Assembly (NCBI RefSeq): GCF_009914755.1
Contig: NC_060930.1
Source: the human T2T-CHM13v2.0 reference genome, Homo sapiens
Direction: 5' to 3' (one strand)
DNA length: 64,000 nucleotides
Below the pieces are notes generated by a model that was given only the letters and a program-made list of their open reading frames with translations, had not been told where the DNA came from and ran no database searches. Positions 39,502 through 59,561 of the stretch are shown here, piece by piece; positions within the stretch are counted from its first letter, which is position 1, and the number at the start of each line of letters is the position of its first letter. Made by a program: the position numbers and the translations under genes.

Positions 39502-41592
39502 CTCTCACCACTCCCCTCTCACCACTCCTATTCAACATAGTATTGGAAGTTCTGGACAGGGCAATCAGGCAAGAGAAAGAAATAAAGGGTATTCACATAG
39601 GAAGCCAAATTGTCTCTGTTTGCAGGTGACAAGATTGTATATTTAGGAAACCCTATCATCTCAGCCCAAAATCTCCTTAAGCTGATAAGCAACTTCAGCA
39701 AAGTCTCAGGATACAAAATCAATGTGCAAAAATCACAACCATTCCTATATACCAATAATAGACAAACAGAGAGCCAAATCATGAGTGAACTCCCACTCAG
39801 AATTGCTACAAAGAGAATAAAATACCTAGAAATGCAACTTACACAGGATGTTAAGGACCTCTTCAAGGAGAACTACAAACTACTGCTCAAGGAAATCCGA
39901 GAGGACATAAACAAATGGAAAAACATTTCATGCTCATGGATAGGAAGAATCAATATCATGAAAGTGGCAATACTGCCCAAAGTAATTTATAGATTCAATG
40001 CTATCCCCATCAAGCTACCATTGACTTTCTTTTCACAATTAGAAAAAACTATTTTACATTTCATATGGAACCACCCCCCCGCCCCCGCAAAAAAGAGCCT
40101 GTATAGCCAAGAAAATCCTAAGCAAAAACAACAAAGATGGAGGCATCACGCTACCTGACTTCAAACTATACTACAAGGCTACAGTAACCAAAACAGCATG
40201 GTACTGGTACAAAAACAGATATATAGACCAATGGAACAGAACAAAGGCCTCAGAAATAATGTCACACATCTACAACAATCTGATCTTTGACAAACCTGAC
40301 AAAAACAAGCAAAGTGGGAAGGATTCCCTATTTAATAAATGGCGTTGGGAAAACTGGCTAGCCATATGCAGAAAACTGAAACTGGACCTCTTCCTTACAC
40401 CTTATACAAAAATTAACGCAAGATGGATTAAAGACTTAAATGTAAAGCCTAAAACCATAAAAACCCTAGAAGAAAACCTAGGCAATACCATTCAGGTCAT
40501 AGGCATGGGCAAAGACTTCATGACTAAACACCAAAACCAATGGTAACAAAAGCCAAAACTGACAAATGGGATCTAATTAAACTAAAGAGCTTCTGCATTG
40601 CAAAAGAAACTATCATAAGAGTGAACAGGCAACCTATAGAATAGGAGAAAATTTTTGCAACCTATCCATCTGACAGAGGGCTAATACCCAGAATCTACAA
40701 AGAACTTAAACATATTTACAAGAAAAAAACAAATAACCCCATCAAAAAGTGGGTGAAGAACATGAACAGACACTTCCAAAGGAAGAAATTTATGCGGCCA
40801 ACAAACATACGAAAAAATGCTCATCATCACTGGTCATTAGAGAAATGCAAATAAAAACCACAATGAGATACCACCTCATGCCAGTTAGAATGGCAATCTT
40901 TAAAAAGTCAGGAAACAACAGATGCTGACGAGGCTGTGGAGAAATAGGAACGCTTTTACATTGTTGGTGGGAGCGTAAATTAGTTCAACCATTGTGGAAG
41001 ACAGTGTGGTGATTCCTCAAGGATCTACAACCAGAAATACCACTTGACCCAGCAATTCCATTACTGGGTATATACCCAAAGGATTAGAAATCATTCGACT
41101 ATAAAGACACATACACACATATGTTTACTGTGGGACTATTCACAATAGCAAAGACTTGGAACCAACCCAAATGCCCATCAAAGATAGACTGGATAAAGAA
41201 AATGTGTCACATATAGAACATGGAATACTATGTAGCAAAAAAAAAAAAAAAAAAAAAAAAAAGGACGAGTTCATGTCCTTTGCAGGGATATCGATGAAGC
41301 TGGAAACCATCATTCTTAACAAACTAACACAAGGACAGAAAACCAAACACCACATGTTCTCACTCATAAGTGGGAGTTGAACAATGAGAACACATGGGCA
41401 CAGGGAGGGGAACATCACACACTGTGCCTGTTGTGGGGTCGGGGCCTAGGGGAGGGAGAGCATTAGGAGAAATACCTAATGTAGGTGTGGGTTGATGGGT
41501 GCAGTAAACCACCACGGCACATGCATACTTATGTAACAAACCTGCATGTTCTGCACATTTATCCCAGAACTGAAAGCATAGTTAAAAAAAAA
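39502..41592 (+). mobile_element. 5'-truncated L1PA7-like LINE-1 (ORF2 RT/C-terminus plus 3' UTR)
   Basis: ORF-track peptides [11 protein letters not shown] (degenerate FADD), [28 protein letters not shown]; A-tail 41584-41592; no TSD seen. Confidence 0.95.
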
Positions 41593-41604
41593 GAGAAGGG
41601 TTTC

Positions 41605-42020
41605 ATGTACACTTCTTGGGATAATTTGTGTTGACAATCATATCTTCTGCAAACAGGGACACTGTTATTTCTCCCTTTCTATCAGTATTTTAGCTAGCTA
41701 GCTAGCTAGCTGTCTCTGTCTCTCATTTCCTGATTTCAAAAGTTACCACAAAGTTACAATGACAGTGTGGCATAAAGATAGACATGGAAATTCATGGTCT
41801 AGAATTGAGCATCTAAAAAAATCCTCACATTTATGGTCTATTGATTTTTCACAACCATGCCAATTTTTGACAAGGATAGCCATCTATCCATCTATCTATC
41901 CATTCATCCATTCATCTATCTATCTATCACTTTGCATTATTGCACTAGCTAAGACTTTCTGTACTACGGTCAATAGGAATGATAAGGGTGAATGAACATC
42001 CTTGCCTTGTTCCTGATCTT
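41605..42020 (-). mobile_element. Old L1M ORF2 fragment carrying microsatellites and an inverted insert
   Basis: gacaatcatatcttctgcaaacaggg...ttattgcactagctaagac...catccttgccttgttcctgatct. Confidence 0.7.
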
Positions 42021-42179
42021 GGTTATTTTCTTTTTTAATTTTAAAATTTCAGCTTGGTTCTTTTTTTATATCTTCTATTTTTTTAAATATGTTTCCAGAA
42101 TGTTCATAATTACTAGTTGAAGAAAGTGGCAGGTGTTCATTCCATCTTTCCTAGAACAAAAATCCTACATTGATTTTTT

Positions 42180-44320
<2,141 letters not shown>

Positions 44321-44446
44321 TCCATCAATTAAATTTTAACTTCAATTATTGTATTTTTTTATTACGTAAAGTCCTGTTGGTATTTTTTTCCATACTGGCT
44401 TAGTTGTTCATGCTTTAATACTTTTTCTTAGTATGAAACATGGTCA

Positions 44447-45737
44447 GATCACAAACCTAAATGTGAAACACAAAACTATAAAACTCCTAGAAGATAGCAT
44501 AAAGTATAAATGACCTTGGATCTGGCAGTGACTCTTTAGATACAGCACTGAAGGCACAATGTATGAAAGAGAGATTGATAAGCTGGACTTCATTGAAATT
44601 AAATTTTCTGCTCTGCAAAACACACTGTTAAGAGATTAAAAAGACAAGCCACAGAAAGGGAGAAAATATTTTTAAAACACATATCTGATAAGACTATTAT
44701 CCAAAATATACAAAGAACATTTAAAACTCAACAATAAGAAAGCAAACAATGCAACTAAAAAATTGGCCAAAGACTTTAACAGGTACCTTACTGGAGAATA
44801 TGTACAGCTGACAAATAAGCATATGAAAAGATGATCCACATCATATATCATCAGGAAAATGCAAATTAAAACAACAAAAGATACGGGTACACATCTATTG
44901 AAATGGCCAAAATCTAGAACACTGAAGGCACTAAATGCTTACAAGGACATGCAGCAACATTGCTGGTGAGAATGCAAAATGGTACAGCCACGTTAGAAAA
45001 CAGTTTGGAAGTTTCTTACAAAACTAAAACATACTCTTACCGTAGAATCTAGCCATTGTACTCATTGGTATTTACCCAAAGGAGCTAAAAACTTATGCCC
45101 ACACAAAGTTTATAGCAGTTTTACTCACAATTGCCAAAACTTGGAAGCCACCAAGATGTCTTTCAGTAGGTAAATGATAAGAAAACTGTAGAACATCTAG
45201 ACAATGGAATATTATTCAGTGCTAAAAAGAAATGACCTATCAAGCTATGAAAAGACATTGAGGAAACCTAAATGCATATCACTAAGTGAAAGAAGCCAAT
45301 AAGAAAAGGCTACATACTGTGTTATTCCAACCATATGGCCTTCTGGAAAAGGCAAAACAATGGAGACAGTAAAAAGATCAGTGGTTGCCAAGAGTTAGTG
45401 GGGAGGGAGAGATAAAGAGGATCTTTGAGGGCAATGAAGATACTCTGTATGATATTATAATGGTGGACACATGTAGTTATACATTTGTTTCAACCCATAG
45501 AATGTACAACACCAAGGATGAATCCTAATGTAAACTATAGACTGGATGATAGTGATGCGTCGATGTAGGTTCATCAATTGTAACAAATGCACCATTCTGG
45601 TGGTAGTTGGGTGTTGATAGTGAGGGAGGCTGTGCATGTGTGGGTGCAGGAGTATACAGGAAATCTCTGTATCTTCTGTTCAATTTTGCTGTGAACCTAA
45701 AACTGCTCTAAAAATACATTCTATTATTTAAAAAAAA
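44447..45737 (+). mobile_element. L1MC1-like LINE-1 3' portion
   Basis: tgtacaacaccaagg...cctaatgtaaactat...tgtaggttcatcaattgtaacaaatgcacca; A-tail ~45730. Confidence 0.85.
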
Positions 45738-48699
45738 GACAGCAGATTCAGACTCGTAGGCACAGAATTTATTCAGTATCTGATCGTTTTAGTATCTGAA
45801 GTCTTCACAGGTATATTTTTCTTGTGTTTTCTTTTTACATATCATAGAGGCATAACCTCAAAAGGGTGAGGCTCAGCTTTTGTTTGGTTTCTTGGAACTT
45901 TAATTGCAGGTCTGACGTGAAGCTTATTTGAAGGTGTTCAGAGAGTATGTGGCTTTGCTTCTGCCAGATCCTTGGAAATGCTGCCAAGCCATGGTCACTT
46001 GGAGCTAAATTTGTAGGTGAAGATTTACCACAGTGGAAGTGCATGCATTCCTGTTCCAAACCCCACTGAGTGCCAGTTTCTTGAAAGGAATCTTCCAGGA
46101 AAACCTGTGTTTTTGGGAAAACCCAAGTGTGTTTCCTTCTGCTATTTGAAGCTGCAGGAGCAAATCTGGATGTTCACCCGACACTCAGAGCCAAATTTGA
46201 CAAAAGGTGAATTTATTAACTCTCTTTCTACTTCACCCTATTGCTGAGGTTATCATCTTTACAGTTGCTGCTTTATGTGGCGGTCAGTTGCCCCAAACCC
46301 CACCCAGCTCAGGCTCCAGATTTTGCATGTGGCTCCTTAAGTTCTAGGACTGGAGATCCCAGGGATTGGCAAATACCATGAACAAACACAACTCCAGCAT
46401 TTATATGCAACTTTCAATTTGTACTTTCTTATCATTTGTGCCCTTCTTATTATTTGTATTTTTCTGCCAGCTCAACCACGCATTGTAAAATATTTTAACA
46501 CTTTTTACAGCAATTTTCCTTTCTTCTGGACATTTAGTCTACAAGGTGGCCTGCAATGGAACCTAATTAATATCTCTTTAATTTCACTCCAATTGAAGTT
46601 AAAAAGTATTGAATTTGATCCTGGTTCTAGCAGTACGACCTTTGGTAAGTCTTTAATTCCCTCTGTGTCTTAGTAACTTCATCTGTGAAAAATGAGGAAG
46701 TTAGACCAAATGACCTCTATGGACGTTTCCGGCAATAAATATCCACGACTCTTAGGTGCAATAAGTTTTAATTGGATGGGATCTTTGATTGTTATTAATC
46801 GCATTCAGAGAGTTATATCAGTAAGGATGAGATAGTTCTACTCAAACGTATAGCTTTTCTCTGACCTGAGTGACTCATTCATTTTCTCTCAGCTAGTGGG
46901 AGTTCTTACACTGGGGCCTGTACATCTGATTAATGACTACTGTAACTCCATTTTCAAATATTATAAAAGTAAAACAAAATATACCAAAGTAAAAGGTTTT
47001 TTTTCCTTCTCATGGATTTTAATAGTACCCAGAAGAGGTAAAATAACAATGTATGTCCTTGAAAATAATTCATAACTACTTTTTTCTTTTTAAGATATGG
47101 TTTAGGTTTCCTTAAAAGAGTTGTTAGTCATAGAAATTCTAAAATTTCTGATAACATTCAAGATAACTATATTTTCAGCAGATTCAACACTTTCAAAGCC
47201 CTTCAGAAAACAACCCATAAATTGGTAGCAGGCATTGAAAAGGAAAAACCCTCTGGCAGCAAATGCTCTGTTGACTGCTGAGAACCCATGAATCATAAAG
47301 AACAATATAACCCAAGTGTGTTTCCTTCTGCTATTTGAAGCTGCAGGAGCAAGTCTGTGGCCTTGAAGTAATGAAATGCACTGAGACGGTACAAAAATAC
47401 ATTATTCAGTTGCTTGCTATATAATGTGATTTAAATTGTTTTTCATTCCATTATCCTCGGCTCTTGGGCACTTAAGTTGAGGCAGATTTATGAGTATTTC
47501 ATAATTAACAAGTGTTCCTCTCTGACAAAGGAAGTAGCCTAATTTGGGAGGAGGATGGGGGTCTTTCTGCTCTCTCTCCCTGCTGAGTTTCTCCTTCAAC
47601 ACCTTTACTTCCCCCCAGTCCATGACTCCATTAACTTTAAAAGCAAATTAGAACCTAGCCTCTCTAACTGTTCTCACTTCACTCAAATCAAAAGGCACTT
47701 AATTAGTTTGCTTCTAGGATATATTACAGCAATAACAGGATCTAATATAAACAGTATGTAATGATAGGGTCTAAGACTATGTGGGTTCAACAAACAATTT
47801 TGAACCTGAATTATGGTCAATGTTCAAAGGACATTCGGAACAAAGTCTATGACTGTATCCAATACTCGTAACATTTTCATCAGTCTGTAAAACCTTAAAG
47901 ACCCATTTTGCCATATTTGGTTAATAAGGATTTGACAAAAGTAAAAGTTTGATAGTTTATTTTTCTAAGGTGGTTTTAGTAGAACCTACTTATTCTCAAC
48001 AAATATGAGGAGCTCTGGGAGGAAAGTGGCTTATCTGCTTTTCTAACCTGCCTCCAACATGCCTGGCACTGCAGACTTGAGACACACAGGAGTAAGGCTG
48101 ATGTTCTCTAGTCCTACACCTTGTGGTCACTTGGGGGAAAGCCCAGGGCTTAAACTCCTTAAATTCCATCCCTCTTCGCCTAGATTTAGAAAGCATGATA
48201 TATATGTGTTTTCCTGGATGGTTTAGTGATACAGGAACCAAGAAAAGAAGTATTTCCAGAGGAAGGAGTGGTTAATTCCGTTCTGCTGAGAGAACAGAGA
48301 GGAGCCCTTTGGATTGGACAACACAGAAATCATTGGTAACCTTTCAAGAGAGTGGAGAGAAAAGGTGTTTGACTGGGAGAAGTTAAGGAGAGAGGAAAAA
48401 ATAGGGACTAGATTAAAAATCTCAAGAGTTCTGCTAAAAGAATAACAGGAAAGAGTTTTGTACCCAGAGCAGGCCATAGAGTCCAGGAAGTATTTAAGAA
48501 AGGAAATGTTGGAGAAGTTCGTATGCAGATGAGAATAATTCAGTTGAGATAGAGAAACTGATACAGGAAAGAGAAGGTAAAATTGCAGAAGCAGAGTCTT
48601 GTAGACAATGGAGGAATGGACTGCTGTCGCTCTGGTGGAGAGGTTGGTGGAGTTCAGGACATGAATGCTTCTCTCACTACAATGGAAGGGGAGGCAAGT

Positions 48700-48934
48700 G
48701 GCCGGGCACGGGGGCTCACACCTGTAATCCCAGCACTTTGGGAGGCCGAGGAGGGCAGATCACGAGGTCAGAAGTTCGAGGCCAGCCTGACCAACATGGT
48801 GAAACCCTATCTCTATTAAAAATACAAAAATTCGCCAGGCATGGTGGCACACCTGTAATCCCAGCTACTCAGGAGTCTGAGGCAGGAGAATTGCTTGAAC
48901 CTGGGAGGCGGAGTTTGCAGTGAGCCAAGATCAA
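48700..48934 (+). mobile_element. 3'-truncated, tail-less Alu (Sg-like) with TSD
   Basis: Intact 5' end, stops at gagccaagatca; flanked by gaaggggaggcaagt / gaaggggaggcaggt. Confidence 0.9.
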
Positions 48935-49019
48935 GAAGGGGAGGCAGGTAGCTTGGCAAATTTTGGTAGATGGGAAGGGTCTCAGCTAACTGTATCTATT
49001 TTTGCAAGGAATTAAGGGA

Positions 49020-50830
<1,811 letters not shown>

Positions 50831-50849
50831 TTTCTTTTAACATAAGTTT

Positions 50850-52414
<1,565 letters not shown>

Positions 52415-54242
52415 TACACCAACAATGACTAAGCTGAGAATCAATAAAAGACTCAGTCCCTTTTACAAGAGCTTCAAAAAATAAAACAAAATAAAATACT
52501 TAGGAATATACTTAACCAAGGAGGTGAAAGATCTCTACAAGGAAAACTACCAAACACCGCTGAAAGAAATCATAGATGACACAAACAAATGCAAATACAT
52601 CCCACGCTCATGGATGGGTAGAATCAATATTGCAAAAATGACCATACTGCCCAAGCAAATCTACAGGTTCAATGCAATTCCCATCAAAATAACTTTATCA
52701 TTCTCCACAGAACTAGAAAAAACAATCCTAAAACTTATATGGAACCAAAAAGCCACCTTCATAGCCAAAGCAATACTAAGCAAAAATTAGCAAATCTGAA
52801 GGCATCACATTACCAGACTTCAAATTATACTACAAGGCTATCATTATCAAAACAGCATGGTACTGGTATAAAAATAGGCATGTAGACCAATGGATCAGAA
52901 TAGACAACCCAGAAGTAAAGCCAAATACTTACAACCAAATGATCTTTGACAAAGCATACAAAAACATAAAGTGTAGAAAGGACACCCTATTCAATAAATG
53001 GTGCTGGGAAAACTGGCAAGCTACATGTAGAAGAATGAAACTGGATGCTTATCTCTCACCTTGTATAAAAATCAACTCAAGATGGATCAAAGACTTAAAT
53101 CTAAAACGTGAAACCATAAAAATTCTAGAAGATAACATCAGAAAAACTCTTTTAGACATTGACTTAGGCAAAGAATTCATGAAGAAGACCCTAAAAGCAA
53201 AGGCAACAAAACAAAAAATAAATAAATGGGACCTAATTAAACGAAAAAGCTTCTGCACAGCAAAAGAGATAATCAGCAGAATAAACAGACAAACCACAGA
53301 TTGGGAGGAAATATTCACAAACTATGCAGCCCACAGAGGACTAATATACAGAATATACAAGGAACTCAAATCAGTGAGAAAAAAACAAAACAAAACAAAT
53401 AATCCTATTACAAAGTGGACAAAGGACATGAATAGACAATTCTCAAAAGAGAATATACAAACAGCTGGCAAACATATGAAAACATGTTCAACATCACTAA
53501 TTATCAGGGAAATAAAAATTAAAACCACAATGAGATACCATCTTACTCCTGCAAAATGGTCATAATCAAAAAGTCAAAAAATAATCGACGCTGGTGTGAA
53601 TGGGATGAAAAGGGAAAACTTTTACACTCCTGGTGGGAATGTAAACTAGTACAACCACTATGGGAAACTGTGTAGAGAGTCCTTGAAGAACAAAAAGTAG
53701 AACTACCGTGTGATTCAGTAATCCCACTGCTGGGTATCTACTCAAAGGGAAAGAAGTCATATGAAAAAGACACATGCGCACACATGTTTATAGCAGGACA
53801 ATTCACAATTGCAAAATTATTAAACCAACCTAAATGCTCATCAACCAATGAGCAGATGAAGAAAATATGGTATATATACACCATGGAATACTACTCAGCC
53901 ATAGAAAGGAATGAAATAATGTCTTTTGCAGCAATTTGAATGGAGCTGGAGGCCATTATTCTAAGTGAAGTAATTCAGGAATGGAAAACCAAGTATCATA
54001 TGTTCTCACTTATAAGTGAAAGCTAAGCTAAGAAAATCCAAAGGCATAAGAATGCTATAATTGGCACTGGGGACTCAAGCAGGAAGGAGGGTGAGGGAGT
54101 GAGGGATAAAAGACTACCTATTGGGTACAGTGTACACTGCTTGGGTTATGAGTGCACCAAAATCTCAGAAATCACTGCTAAAAAGCTTATCAATGTAACC
54201 AAAAACCACCTGTACCCCCCAAACTATTGAAATTTTAAAAAA
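52415..54242 (+). mobile_element. L1PB-type LINE-1 3' segment (ORF2 C-terminus plus 3' UTR)
   Basis: KDLYKENY...; [20 protein letters not shown]; PB-type 3' end gggtacagtgtacactgcttggg...aaaaccacctgtacccc. Confidence 0.93.
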
Positions 54243-56639
54243 GCAAGTTTAAGAAAAGTATTTTCTTTTTAAACAGGTGAATGTATCAAAAGCTTCATCA
54301 AACGTGTGCAGATATTATTCCTCATGATAATTATCTCCTAAATATAGTTTGATAAGGAAAAAGAATTCTCATTCATGGATGAAAGTGCAGTATAGTCAGA
54401 AAAGACATATGTCTATAAGAGTTTTGACTTTCTATGTTCACCATTTCAAGCAAGAATGTTTATTCCAAAACCTAGTTTATAATTTTGAAGATTAAAAAAT
54501 AAAATTATAGGCCATTTTTTTAAAAAGAGAATAGCTTGCCTTGTTACTGAACCTGCAAGCATTGCATATGAATGTACAACTCAATCAACTGATTTATGTA
54601 TATTCACAAAAATTACATTAGGTGTATAAATTATGATAAAATGAAAAGCCTTGTGGTAAACTAAAAGTGTGTGAACCAAATGTTTAAGAAATATTAAATG
54701 TGATAATTCTACCATCTTACAGGTTGTCCCTCTTAAAACTTATAACTAGAATCTATCAAGTTGGTGACAAAATAAATGCCTAGAATACAAAAGTGTAATT
54801 TATCCTTGGAGATAATTAATTTATTATACACTCTGCTTTGAAAAATTTGAAATAAGCTCAGTCTTTCTTTCACATTTATCTCATAAACTCATTTATATTA
54901 TAAATGGTCTTGCAAACAACACAGTGGTTTTATATTTAATTTAATTTTCATTGTTATCTTCTAGAACAACTTTTTTCCCTGAAATATTAAAGAAGAAATA
55001 TATTATATTGGCCATGTAACTTACTCCAACAGCAGGATCTGCTACTTTATTTTTATAAGATATTTATTTTCTTGTATTTTAAAAAATGCACGAGACATTC
55101 AATTCATTAATGAAATATTTTCCACATCATCAAAGCACTGGCTTTGTTTCTGAAATTCTGATTATATCCAAATTTATAACATAGGTCTATTATTTTTTTG
55201 AGCATTGACCTCTAGTGTAATAGCAGAAAACCAGGCCAAAATCTTTATAATGTAAAAAATACATTAGGCAATACTTTATGAGACTACTATAAGGAAATAA
55301 CATACTAGATTGTGGTATTATTAAGACTGCTTAGCAATCTACCACACAGAGGGGCTCATTTAATTTTAAGCTCCTTCCTGCCTTTAATAATAATGGCCAT
55401 CATTTTTTGAGTGCTTGGGAAGTTCTTCAGCTCAAAAGAACTCTCTTTTCACAGTGGATCCACAGAAATGCAGACAGCACATGAGAAGCCATTTATCTCT
55501 GCTATTACTATCATTGTTTCTGTTACGTCTCTGGTTTTTACTTTATTTTGACACTTCTTTTCATTTTGACACTGACCATTGGTTTCCTTCCTGTATCTCG
55601 ACTGCTTCCCTTTACTTAAAATTATTATAGAAGCCCTCCTGTTTGCAAGGTTTTGTGCTATCTCTTTTACTGCTTTTGCACTGCTTTTTAAAAATCAGTT
55701 TATTTCAGACACTTTAATAATTTTTGATAAGGATCAATTAGTATGTGAACCTAATGCAGTGAAAAGGGCATATAATTTAGAGCTGTTGGACGTGGAGTTG
55801 GTAATCCTTTGTCACTTAATAGTTACATGGCTATTAAGGACTCACAGCCTCTGTGAGCTTTAGTTCCCACATCTTAAAAGGGATAAAAATGCTTATTTCA
55901 AAGAGTGAATGAGGCTCACAAAGATAAAGTTCTCGAAAGTGCTTTGTACAGTGAAATACTAACACTATTGTTATTTTAAGACTGAATGTTTCTTTGTCTT
56001 CCCTTCCTCCTACTGTCTCTGAGGCTTTCCACATCTATAATTGAATCTGCTATTTTGTCTGTTAATATTCTGAGTTTATGCTAAAACCCAGATCCAACCA
56101 TGCTCTGGAGCCCACACATTAGTACCTCATTCTATTCCAGTTTATCTGTGGGGTACAGGTACAGTTCTAGGCAGAGGAGCATGCAACATGGCACACTGAA
56201 TTCTGAACAATGAAGCGACGGAGATAAATTAGAAAAGTGTTACAAAGAGCTAGTAAGAAAAAGACCAATTTTCATTTTATTGCAAAGTTCTTTGAAGCTG
56301 CTATAATCACACTGCTGTAAATCCGTAAACACGTTAGACACCACATGTATCAAAATAAATTAATTTAGAGGAATAGACCAAGAGAGCCAGATAACTTAAA
56401 TAGAGGCCTTTTAAAATCATAATAAATAAGTGTCTTTGACTTCTGCTTATGTTTGGGTTTCCAAATAATTGGAGTAATGTTGCTCATTATGTACTTAATG
56501 AAAGTATTTTCTTTAATAAGAATTTGCGGAAATTGTACAAACTCTTTCACACTAGTCTGTTAGGTCTAGATGTGCCTTGTGGATTTCTCCACCAAACATG
56601 TCTCTCCTGATCTATTTAAGAACATCTACATGGCTAATC

Positions 56640-57370
56640 ACCCCTCATTCACTCAAAAAATATTCATTGAACACTTACCATGTGCTAGTGTTCTAGGCCA
56701 TGAGTATATAGCAATACACAAAACAGTCACTTTCCTCCCACCCGGAAGAAATCTCTGCTGTCATTGAACCTAGATTAAATATTATGTTAGATGATAGTAA
56801 GTTCCAGTAAGAAAAATAGAAGCCAAGAAGGGGCAAAGTGTGTGAGGTGGTGGGGCTAGGGATTTTGTTTATTTATTTGTTTGTTTGGTAATTTAATTAG
56901 GGTGGCTAGGGAAAGCCCTTTTAAGAAAAGACTTGAAGAAGGACGTGAAGGAGTGGGCGCTGCAGATACCTGGGGGAAGAACATTCCAGGCAGTGGAAGC
57001 AGCAAGAGTAAAGGTTCTGAGGGGGCAGCATGTGTGCATTTGAGGATTAGCAGTGGGACAAGTGTCCCTGTGTGGAATAAGGACGTGAGAAGGTTGGTGG
57101 AGCTAGATGTGGTAGCATCTTTTATGGCTTTGTAGAACTTTGTGAGACCATTGGCTTCTACTCTGAAAGAAAAGCAAAAATGGTGGGCATTGAGCAGAAG
57201 ATAGACATGGCCTGACTTCCATCTTAAGAGGATCACTGTGGCTGCTGGATGGGAACATATGGTACGGTAGGAAGGGCAGAAGCAAGGAGACCAATGAAGA
57301 GCTACTGTCATCATCTTGGCAGGAGATGATGAAAGGTCGGGCCAGAACAGTGATTCTGAGGTCACCTAAA
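56640..57370 (-). mobile_element. L2 (L2a-like) 3' portion
   Basis: cattcactcaaaaaatattcattgaacacttaccatgtgc; gggaagaacattccaggcagtggaagcagcaag; gatcactgtggctgctg. Confidence 0.8.
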
Positions 57371-58334
57371 AGTGTTAAAACCTATGCATAAGGTACTATA
57401 ATGACAATCATCCAAAGGAGTGGTAGTTGAGCAAGCAATTCAGAAAGTCTTTATGTAATAAGGTAGGAGGAGGAACAGGAATCCTCAGAGCAAACCAAAC
57501 CTAGCTTCAAAGTTGTGGGAGACGTAGGCCTCTGCTGTACTTAGGAAGAGGAACCAGGAAGCTGTTCTCTTCTCTTGAGGCAGCAAGGCAAGGATGTTTG
57601 CTTTCACCCCTTATGTTCAACCTTATACTAGATGGCCTACCCAGAGCAATAAAACCAGAAGAAATGAAATAATTTGCAAAACAAGTAAAGCTTCATTTAT
57701 TCTCAGGTAACATGATTGCCTATGTAAAAATTCTAGGAAACCTGCAAACAAACAAACAAAAGTCCCTACTCAAACTAAGAAGTGAATTTAGCAAGGCCAC
57801 AGGAGACCAGGTCAATGCGAAAAAATCAATTGTATTTCTTTATAAGGCCAATAAATTATCAGAAGTTGGAATTTTTTAAAACAATAGCTAAATATGAAAT
57901 ACTTAGGAATAAACTTTTACTAAAGTTTACAGAAACTGTACATTGAAGACTACATTTATTGAAAAGATTAATCTTTCTCCATTAAAATGTCATGATATTT
58001 TTGTTGAAAATCAATTGGTCATATACGTGTGGGTTCATTTCTGAACTATCTATTCTGTCCCATTGAGCTATATGTCTATATCTAGGCCAATACTAAACTT
58101 TTTTTTTATTACTGTTGCTATACGGAAAGTCTTGAAATCAGATATACTTCTGGTTTATTCTTCTTTTTCTAAGTTGTTATGGCTATTCTAAATTTTTTGC
58201 AATTTATGTACATGTTAGAATGAGCTTGTCAGTCTCTACATATAATAATAACAATCCTAATAAAGCCTGGATCTATAGATCAAATTGGTGAAAATTGAAT
58301 TTTAACATATTGAGGTTTTCAATCTATGAGAACC

Positions 58335-58881
<547 letters not shown>

Positions 58882-59561
58882 AAAAGTAACCATCACAAGA
58901 CACAAAAAGTGTGAACCCCAAGGGAAAAACATTGATAAATTAAACAAAATTTAAGAATTTTGTCCTAAAAAAACTATGTAAAGAAAGTGAAAAGACAAGC
59001 CATATACTGAGAAAAATTATTTGGGAAGTATAAATATCTGATAAAAATCATGTATCCAGATTTTCTAAGAACTTTTGTTACCACATATTAAAACAACTTG
59101 ATAAAATAAAATGGGCAAAAATTTGACACTTCACCAAAAAAGATATAAGCACAGGAAAGTATGGTCAATATCATTAATCACGACAGAAATGCAACTACAC
59201 ATCCAGTTGAAATTAAATACATTCAGTGAAAGTTAAAAGGGCTGACAATGGTGAGTGCTGTGGACGATGTGTAGCAAATCAAACTCTCCCACATCACTGG
59301 TTGGAATGCAAAGTCATTCAGTCACTTTGGAAAACATTTTGACAGTTTCTTATTCTTATCATATGACTCAGCAATTTCACTCCTAGGTTTTTACCTGAGG
59401 TAAATGAAAGCATAGCATCAATTCACAGAAAGATTAGTGCTCAAATGTTCATAGCAGCAGCATTCATAAAAGCCAAGAACTAGAAAGAACATCATTTTTT
59501 TCCTTTGGGGTTGACACAAGTGTCCATCAGCTGTTACATGGATAAATAGTGGCCTATTCTT

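Noticed and set aside
56856-57365. 169-aa minus-strand ORF
   Set aside because: Lies in a degraded L2 element
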